DNA of 64,000 nt from Nitrospirota bacterium. GTDB taxonomy: Bacteria; Nitrospirota; UBA9217. The notes beneath the pieces were generated by a model that was given only the letters and a program-made list of their open reading frames with translations, was not told the DNA's origin and did not search any database. Shown piece by piece: positions 43,810-55,347 of this stretch. Location of the stretch: contig CAVVOB010000022.1 in assembly GCA_963749655.1 (NCBI GenBank), forward strand, positions 128,001 through 192,000, written 5' to 3'. Numbering within the stretch: the stretch's first letter is position 1; every line of letters starts with the position of its first letter. The translations under genes and the position numbers were made by a program.

Positions 43810-44778
43810 TCATTTCATTCGTCTTCCGGTCACCACGACCGTATCCCCGAGGACCTTCTTCCTGATGCCGCTGAATCCCGCCTGCACGAGCCATGCCTTC
43901 AGCTCCAGCGGAGTGTAGGACCTTCCTGCAGCGGTATTAACGAGCATATTGACGGAAAAAAGAGCGCCCGGAACAGGCGCGGCCCTGTTCTCTTCCAGGA
44001 GGAATTCGTGGATCGCGATCCTGCCGCCGGGGTTCAATGCCTGTCGTACCTTTTTCAGCAGCGCCACACTTTCCCGTGACGACAGGGAATGCAGGACCTG
44101 GCTGATGAACACGAGATCGTATCCCGCCCCGATGTCGTCGGCATGAAAGTCTCCTCCGAGAAAATCGATGTTCCTGATCCCCGCCTCCTTGATGATCGTG
44201 CGGGACACGGACAGCGTGTTCGGCACGTCGAAGAGCGTCACCCGCGCGACCGTACGGGCCATTTCCATGCTGTACGTACCGGGACCGCCGCCAAGGTCGA
44301 GCGCCTTTTGCACTCCGCGGATATCTACGGCCGCGATGACATCTTTCGCTCTGAAGACGGCATTGTTGTGCATCGCCCTGATGAAGGACTCGTGGTCGCG
44401 TCCGGCTGCCCTGTTCGGAAAGCCCGTTTTTACGACCCCGTCGAGACCGGACCAGTTTTTCCAAAGGGAGTCGGCATGACGAAGCATATCGCCCTGGTAC
44501 CAGCGGCTGGCCTTAACGAGGAGCTTCGCGGCCGTCGCCGTATTCCGGTACCGGTTGCCCGTTTTCCTGAGAAGACCGAGGGCCGTGACCGCATCGAGCA
44601 GGATCTCCGTGGCGCGCGCGTCGGTCCTGAGCTTCCGGGCAAGTTCCCGGGCCGTTTTCGGCGTTTTCAGGTGCTCGAAGACCGCGTAGTTGTTCGCGGT
44701 CAGCACGACCCGCGAGGCGCGAAAACCGCTCCAGATCCTTGCGACGTCCTTGAGTTGTTCTGCACTGTCCTTTCCCAT
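43810..44778 (-). CDS. SAM-dependent O-methyltransferase with dimerisation domain
   Basis: LDLGGGPG, GDF, SQVLH, LNPGG motifs. Confidence 0.9.
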   Translation of the reverse strand: MGKDSAEQLKDVARIWSGFRASRVVLTANNYAVFEHLKTPKTARELARKLRTDARATEILLDAVTALGLLRKTGNRYRNTATAAKLLVKASRWYQGDMLRHADSLWKNWSGLDGVVKTGFPNRAAGRDHESFIRAMHNNAVFRAKDVIAAVDIRGVQKALDLGGGPGTYSMEMARTVARVTLFDVPNTLSVSRTIIKEAGIRNIDFLGGDFHADDIGAGYDLVFISQVLHSLSSRESVALLKKVRQALNPGGRIAIHEFLLEENRAAPVPGALFSVNMLVNTAAGRSYTPLELKAWLVQAGFSGIRKKVLGDTVVVTGRRMK

Positions 44779-44842
44779 GGTGCTCCGATCCTTCCTGTCC
44801 GGTCCGTATTCGGACGGGGACTGTTAAAATGCGCGGGACTGA

Positions 44843-45334
44843 TCAGTCCGAGGTTTTTACGGGATTAGCTATTGCCGGACCGAAGTGTTCCACGATCTCC
44901 AGCCGCTCAAGCCCGTGTTCGTCGAATTCCTTCGAGTACCGGTCCATCAAGGGTGTTTCCAGGGAAAGCCGGTCTTCCGACTTCAGGCTGTCGAGCTGCT
45001 CGAAGCTGCCCACAATGCGGCTCGCGTCGCGCTCCGCGAGCCGGTGGACCAGCTCGTCCCAGAACGTGTCGTCCGTGAACTCGTCGATGAATTCCCAGGC
45101 CCGGGTCGAGTCCTCGAAGGCGGCCGAAGGCTGATAGGATCCGGTTTCGGGATTGAACTCAACGAGACCGGCGTGGCCCATGACTTTTGCAAGGCCGTGG
45201 AATTTCTGGATGAGTTTTTCGTAAGGGGCGGTGCGCTGGTCTGCCTCCGAGGCATGGGAGTGAAGGACCCAATGGGAAATGTACAGGAGGTCGAGGAGGT
45301 CGCGGTACTCTTCTTTTGAGATGTCGACGTTCAT
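44843..45334 (-). CDS. Conserved hypothetical acidic protein
   Basis: RBS, plausible codon usage, FWDELVHRLAERD and EFDEHGLERL segments. Confidence 0.7.
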   Translation of the reverse strand: MNVDISKEEYRDLLDLLYISHWVLHSHASEADQRTAPYEKLIQKFHGLAKVMGHAGLVEFNPETGSYQPSAAFEDSTRAWEFIDEFTDDTFWDELVHRLAERDASRIVGSFEQLDSLKSEDRLSLETPLMDRYSKEFDEHGLERLEIVEHFGPAIANPVKTSD

Positions 45335-45495
45335 GGTTCCCTTCCGGTGCTTGAGAAATAAATAGTAAAATAGTGTACCCGCACCGGGTCAAGGAATCAA
45401 CAAGATTCAGCTGTTGACCGCGCATTCAGAGGCGGTTGCTTCGGAGGTTGCCCGTGTGGGAATCCGCCGCAAAGCTCTTTCGTTCTTCTCTCCGA

Positions 45496-48400
45496 TCATA
45501 CCATCAGGGTCGTCAGAACGGCCTGAAGCTCGTGTATATCGTAGGGCTTCTTGAGACCTGCCTTGAACCCGTGGTCAAGGAAGCCCGAAAGAACCGCATT
45601 GTCGGCATAGCCGCTTGACACAACGGCCTTCACCGATGCATCCATTTCCCTGAGCTTCTGCAGCGTTTCCGTGCCTCCCATTCCGCCCCGGATCGTCAGG
45701 TCCAGAATGACGACATCGAACGGACGTCCGGTGGTCATGGCTGCCCGGTATTTTTCAACGGCTTCGTTGCCGTGCCGTGCAACCTCCACTTCATGGCCGA
45801 GCGCACGCAAAAGCTCTGTGACGAGCTTCCTGATCAGCTCTTCATCATCCATGACGAGGACCCGCAGCGCTTTCGTCATGGAAGGCAGCATCTTTTCCAC
45901 GCTGTGTAATGACTCAGGGGCCTCTTCCAGGGCGGGCAGGTAAATGGTGATCGTGGTCCCTTTTCCCACCTCGGATTGCACCAGGATCTGGCCGTCGTGG
46001 TTCCTGACGATCGAGTAGGAGGTGGCCAGGCCGAGCCCGCTGCCTTTTTCCTTTGTCGTGAAATAGGGGTCGAAGATTTTGTCGAGATACTGTTCCGGGA
46101 TGCCGACGCCGCTGTCCCGGATCTCGATCTCCACGTGGTCCTGTTTTTTCAGCCCATGGGGCAGCCGCGCGTCGGAGGGGGCGATATTTCGCGCCGTGAT
46201 TTGCACGCATCCGCCGAGCGGCATGGACTGGTCCGCGTTCAGTACGATGTTCTGGATGACCTGGGCAAGCTGGCCTGCGTCGCCGTCAACAGGCCACAGG
46301 TCCGGATCGACGTTCAGCCGGTGGCTGCTGCGAGAGCCGCTCAGTCCGAATTCCACGGAGCTCGTGATCACCGGAGCAAGGAGGATGGGCTTTCTGACCG
46401 GCTTGCCGCCCTTGGAAAAGGTAAGGAGCTGGGTCGTCAGATTGACTGACTGATGGAGCGCCTTTTCCGCCTGTTCCAGCATGGCCAGCGATTTTTCACG
46501 CTGGTCGATCGTCAATTTTGCCATGGAAATGAAGCCGAAGATGCCCTGCAGGAGGTTGTTGAAGTCGTGGGCAATGCCGCCTGCCAGGGTCCCGATGGAC
46601 TCGAGCTTCTGAGTTTTGAGCCGCTCTTCTTCGAGGAGGTGCTTTTCCGTGATGTTGTTGATCGTCTCGATCGCCGACGTAACGCGGCCCGTGTTGTCCC
46701 TGATGGGAAAGGCCCTGGTCTCGACATAGAGTACCTGCCCGTCCCTGTCTCTATGCTTGTGCAGGGCCGCGTGGGGTTCGCCGGTCGCAAAGACGCGTCG
46801 GACCGCGCAGTCCTCACCCTCGTCGAAGCACGGCCGGCTCGTCTTGTGCGATACCTCGAAGCAATGTCTGCCGATCACTTCGTCGCCGGACCGTCCGGCC
46901 TGGGCGCAGTAGGCCCTGTTGGCCGTCATGATCAGATAGTCCCGGTCGATGACGATGATGCCTTCGTCCACCGTGTCGTGGATGTTCCGGATGAACTGCT
47001 CGCTCTGCCGGATTTTTTCTTCGGCCAGCTTGCGTTCCGTGACATCACGGATTATTCCCACGAGGCCGATGGCGCTGCCGTTGTCGTCATAGAGCGGGAC
47101 TTTGATGGTGTCGTGGATTTTTTTATTGCCGGCCTTATCGGTCGCGATTTCCTCGCAGCGGACCGTTCGCTGATTTTTCATCACTTCCTCGTCGTTTTTT
47201 CGGCAGACAGCCGCAAACTCGGGGGGTAAAAGGTCTTCGGCGGTTTTGCCGATCAACATCTCCGGGGAAAGACCAAGCACTTCTTCATTGGCCCTGTTGG
47301 CGATTATGTGACGGCCCTCCGTGTCCTTGAACAGCACCGCGTCGGGAATTGCGTCGATCAGCGTCCTCAGTCGCTTCTCGCTCTCCCTCAGTTCCGCTTC
47401 CGCTTTTTTCCGCTCCGTAATATCCTGTGCTGTTCCGCTCAGGATAGCCTGATCGCCGGCGGCATTCCGAATGAGCTCTGCCTGGGCATGAATGATCCTG
47501 GTCGTGCCGTCCCTGAAGACGAACCGGTATTCGATGCTGAAATGTTTCCCGCTCTTGACCGTCTCGTCAACGGCATTCTTCAGGGCCGGACGGTCGTCGG
47601 GATGGATCATTTCGAAGAACATCTTGAAGTCAGCGGGATCTTTCTTCAAGTCGAGCCCGAGCAGGCGGAACAGCTCGTCTGACCAGAAGACCTCCCCCGT
47701 CGTCACGTTGTGCTCCCAGCTTCCTATATGGGCGATGCGCTGGGATTCCGCAAGCTGTTTTTCACGCGCCCGCAGGGCATCCTCTGCCAGTTTTTGTTCC
47801 GTAATGTCCTGCGCAGTGCCCGTAATGCTTACCGCGTTCCCCTTTTCGTCGCATTGGAGCTCCACCTCTTCATGGATGTACAGGAGTTTTCCATCGGGCA
47901 GCAGGGCGCGATAATCGGAACGGTGGGGCAGGTTCGATGCAATCTGGGCTTCCAGCGTCGGCCGGTCATCGGGATGGACGCAGGTGAAAAAACGCTCCCG
48001 CGTGATCGGGCCGTCTTCGGGGCGAATACCGAACATGGCGAGCAGCTCGTCCGACCACCAGAGCTCTCCGCTCTTCACATCATAGGTCCAGTTGCCGATG
48101 CGGGCAAGACGCTGCGCATGGCGCAGCCGCGCTTCACTCTGCTTGAGCGCCGTGTCCGCCTGCCTGCGGTCGGAGATGTCGCGGTAGATCCAGTAGGTGC
48201 CCGCCTGTTCCCGGCCGATCAGGACCGGGATGTAATCCCGCTCCATGATGCGCCCGTCAGCGAGCAGGAGTTCCTCGGAAAGAACAGGTTTGCGCTCCGC
48301 CAACCGGTGCTCGATCGTCAGGATAAATCCCTCGGGGTCCGCGAACGCATGTTTTGCCTGTTCAGCCATGCGTCCGCAGTCGACACCGAGGAGCAGGTCA

Positions 48401-48999
48401 GGCGAGGGCATGCCGAAGAACTCGCAGAAGGTCCTGTTGGCGTACTGAATGCTCCGTGATGCATTTTCGAACAGCACGCCCTGCCGGATGTTTTCCATCA
48501 GTGCTTTCAGTGTGGCAACGGTCTCGCGCCGGGCGTCTTCAGCTTTTTTCCGGTCAGTGAGGTCAATGTCGATGCAGAACAGCTCGGGGGGCGCGCCCGG
48601 CCTCTTGACGATCGCATGGCTCGAAAAAACAGGCGCGCGGGTGCCGTCCTTGCGCATGAGCGAGAGCTCTGCCGCGGGGATCGGCTGCCCGGTCTCCACC
48701 ATAGAGGCTATGGCCTTTTGTACGTCCTCCCGCATTTCCGGCGGGATGATGAGGTCCAGCAGATTTCTCCCGATTGCCTCCTGAGCCGTATATCCATAGA
48801 TGCGTTCCGAGGCCTCATTCCAGTAATGGGTTGTCCCGTCCATGGAGTAGCCCTGGACCGCGACCGAAGGCACATGCTGGAGAAGCAGGTGAAACCGGTC
48901 CTCGCTCTCTCGCAGCTCATTCTCTGCAGGCTGGGATTTTTCAGGGGATTTTTGGGTTTTTCGCAAGGCCTTTTTCGGATTCGGCGTTTTCTTCTGCAT
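45496..48999 (-). CDS. Multi-PAS hybrid sensor histidine kinase/receiver
   Basis: Several PAS/PAC domains, AGGIAHDFNNLL H-box, FTTK..GSGLGL, receiver ILDLT. Confidence 0.95.
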   Translation of the reverse strand: MQKKTPNPKKALRKTQKSPEKSQPAENELRESEDRFHLLLQHVPSVAVQGYSMDGTTHYWNEASERIYGYTAQEAIGRNLLDLIIPPEMREDVQKAIASMVETGQPIPAAELSLMRKDGTRAPVFSSHAIVKRPGAPPELFCIDIDLTDRKKAEDARRETVATLKALMENIRQGVLFENASRSIQYANRTFCEFFGMPSPDLLLGVDCGRMAEQAKHAFADPEGFILTIEHRLAERKPVLSEELLLADGRIMERDYIPVLIGREQAGTYWIYRDISDRRQADTALKQSEARLRHAQRLARIGNWTYDVKSGELWWSDELLAMFGIRPEDGPITRERFFTCVHPDDRPTLEAQIASNLPHRSDYRALLPDGKLLYIHEEVELQCDEKGNAVSITGTAQDITEQKLAEDALRAREKQLAESQRIAHIGSWEHNVTTGEVFWSDELFRLLGLDLKKDPADFKMFFEMIHPDDRPALKNAVDETVKSGKHFSIEYRFVFRDGTTRIIHAQAELIRNAAGDQAILSGTAQDITERKKAEAELRESEKRLRTLIDAIPDAVLFKDTEGRHIIANRANEEVLGLSPEMLIGKTAEDLLPPEFAAVCRKNDEEVMKNQRTVRCEEIATDKAGNKKIHDTIKVPLYDDNGSAIGLVGIIRDVTERKLAEEKIRQSEQFIRNIHDTVDEGIIVIDRDYLIMTANRAYCAQAGRSGDEVIGRHCFEVSHKTSRPCFDEGEDCAVRRVFATGEPHAALHKHRDRDGQVLYVETRAFPIRDNTGRVTSAIETINNITEKHLLEEERLKTQKLESIGTLAGGIAHDFNNLLQGIFGFISMAKLTIDQREKSLAMLEQAEKALHQSVNLTTQLLTFSKGGKPVRKPILLAPVITSSVEFGLSGSRSSHRLNVDPDLWPVDGDAGQLAQVIQNIVLNADQSMPLGGCVQITARNIAPSDARLPHGLKKQDHVEIEIRDSGVGIPEQYLDKIFDPYFTTKEKGSGLGLATSYSIVRNHDGQILVQSEVGKGTTITIYLPALEEAPESLHSVEKMLPSMTKALRVLVMDDEELIRKLVTELLRALGHEVEVARHGNEAVEKYRAAMTTGRPFDVVILDLTIRGGMGGTETLQKLREMDASVKAVVSSGYADNAVLSGFLDHGFKAGLKKPYDIHELQAVLTTLMV

Positions 49000-49241
49000 A
49001 AACTCGTGCCCCCTCGTGTGCCTGCAATAAGACCGGCAGTGCTGAGAGTAAAGTATATCAAAAAAATGCATTTTTCGACATATTTCTCAAGAAGGGCGAA
49101 AGGCATCGGCTTGATTGCTGCGATTTTTATGAGCGACGGGCGAGAACGGCTTTGGAGAAACGATCACTCTTTTGCATGTATACGCGGGGGGGTATCAAGC
49201 TCCCGCCGAGAGGAGCACGAGTAAGACCGAACGAGAACGTT

Positions 49242-49913
49242 TCAAAGGCACTGCAATCCGGTGAGATACTGGCCCGCGTCGAGCCTCGTCACCCAACGGA
49301 CGGATGCCGAGCTGCACGGGAGGGGGAGCGCGGTGTTGAAATGGACCTGATCGTGCTCCGACAGGGGGACGGGCAGCCTGAGGCAAACCCCTGAAGCGCT
49401 GATGTTGACAGTGGAGCCGTTTATCAGCCGGGTCTGGCGGGGCACCCTGCAGGCGACTTCCTGAGAAAAGGGGCGCCGCTCCTCCCTTCGCTGCACGGCC
49501 AGCGGCTGCGCCAGGTCGATCCTGTGTTCGCAGGACGCGACCCAGTCCGCCAGTTCGCTGAAGGGGAAGGGCTTCTGAAAATATTCGCAGCCGAGCTCAA
49601 CAACGCGGCTGATCTTCGCCGGATCGATATCTCCGGAGATGATCGCCTTGTTCCGGGGAGACAGTTTGCAGCCTTGCTTGGTCTGGGCCAGAATAAGGTC
49701 CGCGCCGTTCATGCGGGGCATGAAGTAGTCGGTGATCATCACATCGGAACAGGGACGGGTGTGAACGCAATTGTTATTATTGCCGGCGTAGACGGGGCAG
49801 ATGACCGGTTCGGACAGCGTGAGCACGTCATAGTCCAGGGACGTGAAAAAAACCTGGAAGAGGTCCCGAAGGACCCGCTCGTCTTCATAGATGATGACTC
49901 GTTTCTTTCGCAC
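49242..49913 (-). CDS. Receiver + PilZ domain protein with a Cys-rich insert
   Basis: ITDYFMP..G and FQKPF receiver motifs; QRREERR and NISASG PilZ motifs; GGAG RBS, GTG start. Confidence 0.85.
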   Translation of the reverse strand: MRKKRVIIYEDERVLRDLFQVFFTSLDYDVLTLSEPVICPVYAGNNNNCVHTRPCSDVMITDYFMPRMNGADLILAQTKQGCKLSPRNKAIISGDIDPAKISRVVELGCEYFQKPFPFSELADWVASCEHRIDLAQPLAVQRREERRPFSQEVACRVPRQTRLINGSTVNISASGVCLRLPVPLSEHDQVHFNTALPLPCSSASVRWVTRLDAGQYLTGLQCL

Positions 49914-50562
49914 GTCCTACTCCCTGGAGGCTACCCTTGTATCGCAGCACGTTTGTCCCTGTTTTGATCCGAAATCCGCAATTCGCAATCCCGCGACTTG
50001 GCATCCCCCGGCTCCTGCCGGGGGTGGAAAGCGCTCACTCGCGCGTGGCTCAAAGCCACGCAGCGCGAGTTCGCAGTCCCGGGAGGTCGCGTCAATTTAG
50101 TCCCGACAAGTCGGGATGCCGGAGGGGGCTCCACTGGATCTATGGACGATCGAATCGAACGCGGCTTCGCATAGGTTGAAAATAATGGTCCCTTTCATTC
50201 GTATAATATTTATACCACAGCTGTATGATTGTTTCATCGCCCGGGCAGGGGTATTTTTCGGGTATGAGCAGAATAGCGCATGCCGTAGGACAGAAAGTTG
50301 AGGAAAGTGTGCAGAATAATTTTCAGCGTCTGTTCTTTTTGAAGAAGAGAAAGAGGATACAAAAAAATAGCGACGCTGTAAATTCCAACACGCACGTTTG
50401 ATTCACTTCTCAGCCGCAAACCTCTTAAGGTAATTTCCCCTCCCCGGAGCTTATTTGAGCAGACAGTTCCGCCTCGTGAAAATATTCTTCATGTATACTT
50501 TATAATAGAAAGTGATGCGCAGTGACCCTGTAATGCCTGCATTTGCCGAAAGGTGGAAAGCC

Positions 50563-51314
50563 ATGACACACGGGACAACGGAGGCGGAAACCGCCGGCGA
50601 TTCAGCCCAAGCCGACATCGTCTTCCTTGTTCGCGGCCTGACGAAAGTGTATGAAATGGGTGAGGTGAGGGTCGAGGCGCTGCGCGGCGTCGACTTCGAT
50701 CTTATGCCCGGTGAACTCGTCGTTTTGCTGGGCCCGTCAGGAAGCGGGAAGTCCACACTCTTGAATATTCTGGGCGGACTCGATACGGCGAGCGGGGGCC
50801 GGGTGGCTTACTGCGGCAAGGATCTGACGGTGCCACGGAGCAGGACCTCACCGAATACCGCCGCTTTCACGTCGGGTTCGTGTTCCAGTTCTATAACCTG
50901 ATCCCGAGTCTTACAGCGCGGGAGAACGTCGCAGTTGTGACCGAGATCGCACGGAACCCCATGAAACCCGAGGACGCCCTTGCCGTCGTAGGTCTTGCAG
51001 AACGGCTCGATCATTTCCCTGCGCAGCTTTCGGGAGGGGAACAGCAGCGGATCGCCATTGCCCGCGCCATCTCGAAGAACCCCGCGGTCCTGCTCTGCGA
51101 CGAGCCGACCGGCGCCCTCGATTCCCGGACCGGCGTGGTGGTGCTCGAAGCCCTGGAGCGGGTGAACCGCGAGCTCGGCACGGCCACGGTGATCATCACT
51201 CACAACGTTGACATCGCCGGCATGGCGGACCGTGTGGTGCACCTCTCAAACGGCTTGATCGCCGAAGAAACGAGAAACGTGAGTCGGAAGCCGCCGCGGG
51301 AGTTGAAATGGTGA
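50563..51314 (+). CDS. ABC transporter ATP-binding protein (LolD/MacB type), frameshift near 50835
   Basis: [26 protein letters not shown] motifs. Confidence 0.92.
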
Positions 51315-51325
51315 AGCATTTGTCA

Positions 51326-51481
51326 GCCACGAATTTACGGAATTTTCACGGATTATGATGAAGTCGTAAGAAGTCAAAATTTGTCACAAAGGCGCAAAAT
51401 GCACAAAGGGAGTCGTTGAAAAATTAATGATATTTGTTGATTTTTCTTTTTAATTCGTGTCCATTCGTGATAATTCGTGGC
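51326..51481. repeat. CACGAA/TTCGTG periodic palindromic element, copy 1
   Basis: gccacgaatttacggaattttcacgga / ttcgtgtccattcgtgataattcgtggc. Confidence 0.78.
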
Positions 51482-51506
51482 AAAAACTTCCGCGGTTGAG
51501 ATTCTT

Positions 51507-53869
51507 GTGAGGGCTTTGGACAAAAAACTCTGGCGCGACCTGTGGCTGATGAAGGGTCAGGCTTTGGCCATCGTGCTTGTGATCGTAAGCGGGGTGGCCA
51601 CCTTCGTTATGTTCATCAGCACCATGCACTCGCTCAACAAGACGCGAGACGCCTTCTATCGTGATTTTGCCTTTGCCGAAGTCTTCGGCACGCTCAAGCG
51701 GGCGCCGGAAAGTCTCAGGGAGCGAATCGCGGAGATTCCGGGTGTGAACCTCGTCGAGACGCGCGTGGCAGCGGACGTGAAACTCGATATCAAGGGATTC
51801 AACGAACCGGTCTCGGCACGCCTCATGTCCGTTCCCGATAACGGGCGCCCGCTCTTGAACAGGCTCTACCTCCGGACCGGCAGGATGGTGGACCCCACGA
51901 AGGACAATGAGGTGATCGTGAGCGAGGCCTTTGCCGAGGCCCAGGGATTCAAGCCCGGCGATTCCCTCGGCGCGGTTATCAACGGACGGTGGAAGACGCT
52001 CGTCATCACCGGCATCGCGCTCTCCCCGGAGTTCGTGCTGCAGGTGAAGCCCGGGGGCATCAGCCCGGACTTCAAGCGCTACGGCATCCTCTGGATGAGC
52101 CGCGAGGCCGTGGGCAAGGCCTACGACATGGACGGGGCCTTTAATGATGTGGCGCTCACGCTGACGCCGGGAGCGAAGATCGATGACGTGATCACACGGC
52201 TCGATGCCGTCCTCGACCGCTACGGCGGGATCGGCACCGTGGGCCGGAAGGACCAGATGTCGAACCGTTTCCTGAACGAGGAGTTTCGGCAGCTCGATCG
52301 TTTCGCCGAGGTCTTTCCCGCGATCTTCATCGGCGTGGCGGCCTTTCTCCTGAACGTGGTCATCAGCCGCATCGTGAGCACCCAGCGGGAGCAGATCGCC
52401 GCGCTCAAGGCAATCGGTTACAGCAATCTCGACGTAGGCATTCACTTCACGAAACTCGTGCTTTTCATCGTCGCCATCGGCGTCGCGGCCGGCACCGGCG
52501 CAGGCGTGTGGCTCGCCAGGGGATTGGGAAGGATATACATGGAGTTCTACCGCTTCCCCTATCTCGACATCGAGCTCAGGCCCTCGGTGATTTTCGCCGC
52601 GGCCGCGATCACTGCGGGCTCCGCCCTTCTGGGAACGCTTCGGGCCGTGCGCCAGGCCGCAATGCTTCCGCCTGCCCAGGCCATGCGGCCCGAGCCGCCG
52701 ATGAGCTACCGGAAGACCACGCTCGAAAAGATGGGCCTGCGAGCCGATCCTTTCGCAGCCCACGCGCATCATTCTCCGCAATATCGAGCGGAAGCCGGTA
52801 AAGGCGCTTTTGACGGTTGTCGGTATCTCCTTCGGGTGCGCAGTCATGATCGCGGCCAGGTTCTTCAACGATTCCGTGGATTTCATGGTCGATGTGCAGT
52901 TTCGGCAGTCACAGCGCGAGGATATGACGATCACCTATCTCGAGCCCGCGGCGCGCAGGACGATCTACGAGCTCAAGGGCATCAACGGTGTGGAGCGCGT
53001 TGAGCCCTTCCGCACGGTCCCGGCGCGGTTCCGTTTCGGGCACCGCACCTATCGGACTGTGGTCCAGAGCTTCGAGCCCGGAACCAGGCTTCACTCTCTT
53101 CTCGACACAAGGCTCAAGCCCATCGAGCTCCCGCCCACGGGGATCGTGCTGACTGATTATCTGGCTGATATGCTCGGCATCAAGATAGGAGACCTGCTTA
53201 CCGTGGAAGTGCTTGAGGGGAACCGTCCCGAGCGGCAGGTCCCGGTCGTCAGCCTTGTGCAGCAGTATATCGGCGTCATGGGCTACATGGACCGGAGCGC
53301 GCTCAACCGCCTGATGCGCGAGGGAGACCTCGTGTCCGGCGCGTACCTGACCGTGGACAGTGCCGAGCAGTCGAAGGTCTACCGGAAGCTGGTCGAGATG
53401 CCCCGCGTGGCCGGGACCGCGGTCCGCATGGACGAGATCAGGAATTTTTACGAGACCCAGGCCGAGTCCATGCTCTTTTTTACTTTCATAGCCACGGTCC
53501 TTCGGGCACCATCGCGTTCGGCGTTGTTTACAACAGCGCCCGGATCTCGCTCTCCGAGCGGAGCCGTGAGCTTGCGAGCCTCAGCGTGCTCGGCTATACT
53601 CGGGTGAGATCTCTTTCATCTTCCTCGGCGAGCTGGCGGTCCTGACCCTGGCGGCGCTGCCCCTGGGATTTTTCTTCGGCCGCGGGCTCTGCGCGTATAT
53701 CGTGACCGCAGTGCAGTCGGACCTCTTCCGGGTGCCGGTGGTGCTCGAAAACGAGACCTATGCCCTGGGCGCTGTCGTGGTCCTTCTGTCTGCGTCGCTG
53801 TCCGGTCTGATCGTGCGTCATCGGTTGGACCATCTTGATCTGGTTGCGGTGCTGAAGACGAGGGAGTGA
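51507..53869 (+). CDS. FtsX-like ABC transporter permease, several frameshifts
   Basis: [32 protein letters not shown], ends [13 protein letters not shown]. Confidence 0.88.
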
Positions 53870-53944
53870 TGCAAGTGTGGAACTGTGGCAAATTCGGAAT
53901 TCGGAATGTGAAGTGCGGAATGGGAAAGATCCAAGACGAGTTTA

Positions 53945-54036
53945 GCCACGAATTTGACACGAATGGGCACGAATTAAAACAAAAATAAGAATGCGCCTTG
54001 CTCTTTAATTCGTGAAAATTCGTGTCAATTCGTGGC
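53945..54036. repeat. CACGAA/TTCGTG periodic palindromic element, copy 2
   Basis: gccacgaatttgacacgaatgggcacgaattaa / ttaattcgtgaaaattcgtgtcaattcgtggc. Confidence 0.82.
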
Positions 54037-54074
54037 AAATGACTGCGTTTGCACGTCGTGAATCAGGGGTGATC

Positions 54075-55268
54075 ATGAAAGCAGAGGTGCGGAAGAAGGA
54101 TTCATCATCACGGTCGCGGCAATCGTCGCGCTCGGTCTTGTTTACGGGTTTCTGCCCAAGCCGGTTGCTGTCGACGTCACGGCGGCAAAGCGTGGACCAA
54201 TGCGGGTCACCGTGGAGGAGGAGGGAAGGACGCGCGTGAAGGACCGCTTCGTGGTCGCGCCGGTCCCCGGATATCTCCGGCGCATTGGTCTCGAGGTGGG
54301 TGACGCGGTCAATGAGGGACGGAGATCGGCCACGCTGGAGCCGCTCCGTTCGACGGTCCTCGATCCCCGGAGCCGCGCCGAAGCCGAGGCTGCTGTTGCG
54401 TCGGCAAAGGCGGCGCTCGCTGCGGCGAAAGAGAAGACGCGAGCGGCGGCAGCGGATGTGGAGTACGTCCGGGAACGGAGATGTCAGGGTCAAGAAGCTC
54501 GCCGAGGGCGGTTTCATCTCTAAGGACGATCTCGAACAGTCGGATTAGGCCAAGAAGGCCGAAGCCACGCGGCTCTCGGCGGAAGCGGCGGTCGACGCCG
54601 CCGCTGCAGACGTGGAGCGGGCAGAGAGCACGCTCCGCTATTCCGCTGCCGAACATTCCCCGGGCAATGAAAAGGCCGTGATCGTACGTGCGCCGGTCAG
54701 CGGCAGCGTGCTCAAGCTCCATCATGAGAGCGAAGGAGTGGTGAGCGCCGGCGAGCCCCTCCTCGATATCGGCAATCCCCGCAGTCTGGAGGTCAAGGCC
54801 GAAGTGCTCTCAACGGACACGGTCAAGATCAAGAAGGGAACATCCGTCGTCTTCGAGCGCTGGGGCGGCGATAAGCCGCTCTCAGGCGTTGTGCGCGTCG
54901 TGGAGCCCGCGGGGTTCACGAAGGTCTCGAGCCTTGGTGTGGAGGAACAGCGTGTGCTCGTGATCGTCGACATAACGTCTCCGCGGGAAGCCTGGCAGCG
55001 GCTCGGCGACGGTTACCGGCTCGACGCGAGTTTCATCATCTGGGAGGGGGACAACGTGCTCCAGGTCCCGGCCAGCGCGCTCTTCCGCAAGGGAGACGGC
55101 TGGGCGCTCTTTGTCGTGGAGCACAAGAGGGCGCGGATGAAAGCAGTCGAGATCGGGCAGCGAAACGGCCTGGCCGCGGAGATCGTCAAAGGCCTTGCAG
55201 AGGGCGAGCACGTCATTGTCCATCCCGGCGACACAGTGCGGGACGGGGTGCGGGTGCGGGCGCGATAG
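54075..55268 (+). CDS. HlyD/RND-family periplasmic adaptor subunit, frameshifted
   Basis: VTVEEEGRTRV, RAPVSG.VL, EPAGFTKVSSLGVEEQRV motifs. Confidence 0.87.
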
Positions 55269-55347
55269 CGCCGGTCATGTGCGGTCCTTCGCTTCTCCTG
55301 CAGGGTTCCCAGTTGACACGACCGTTTATTAACGTTAATGTCCTTTC

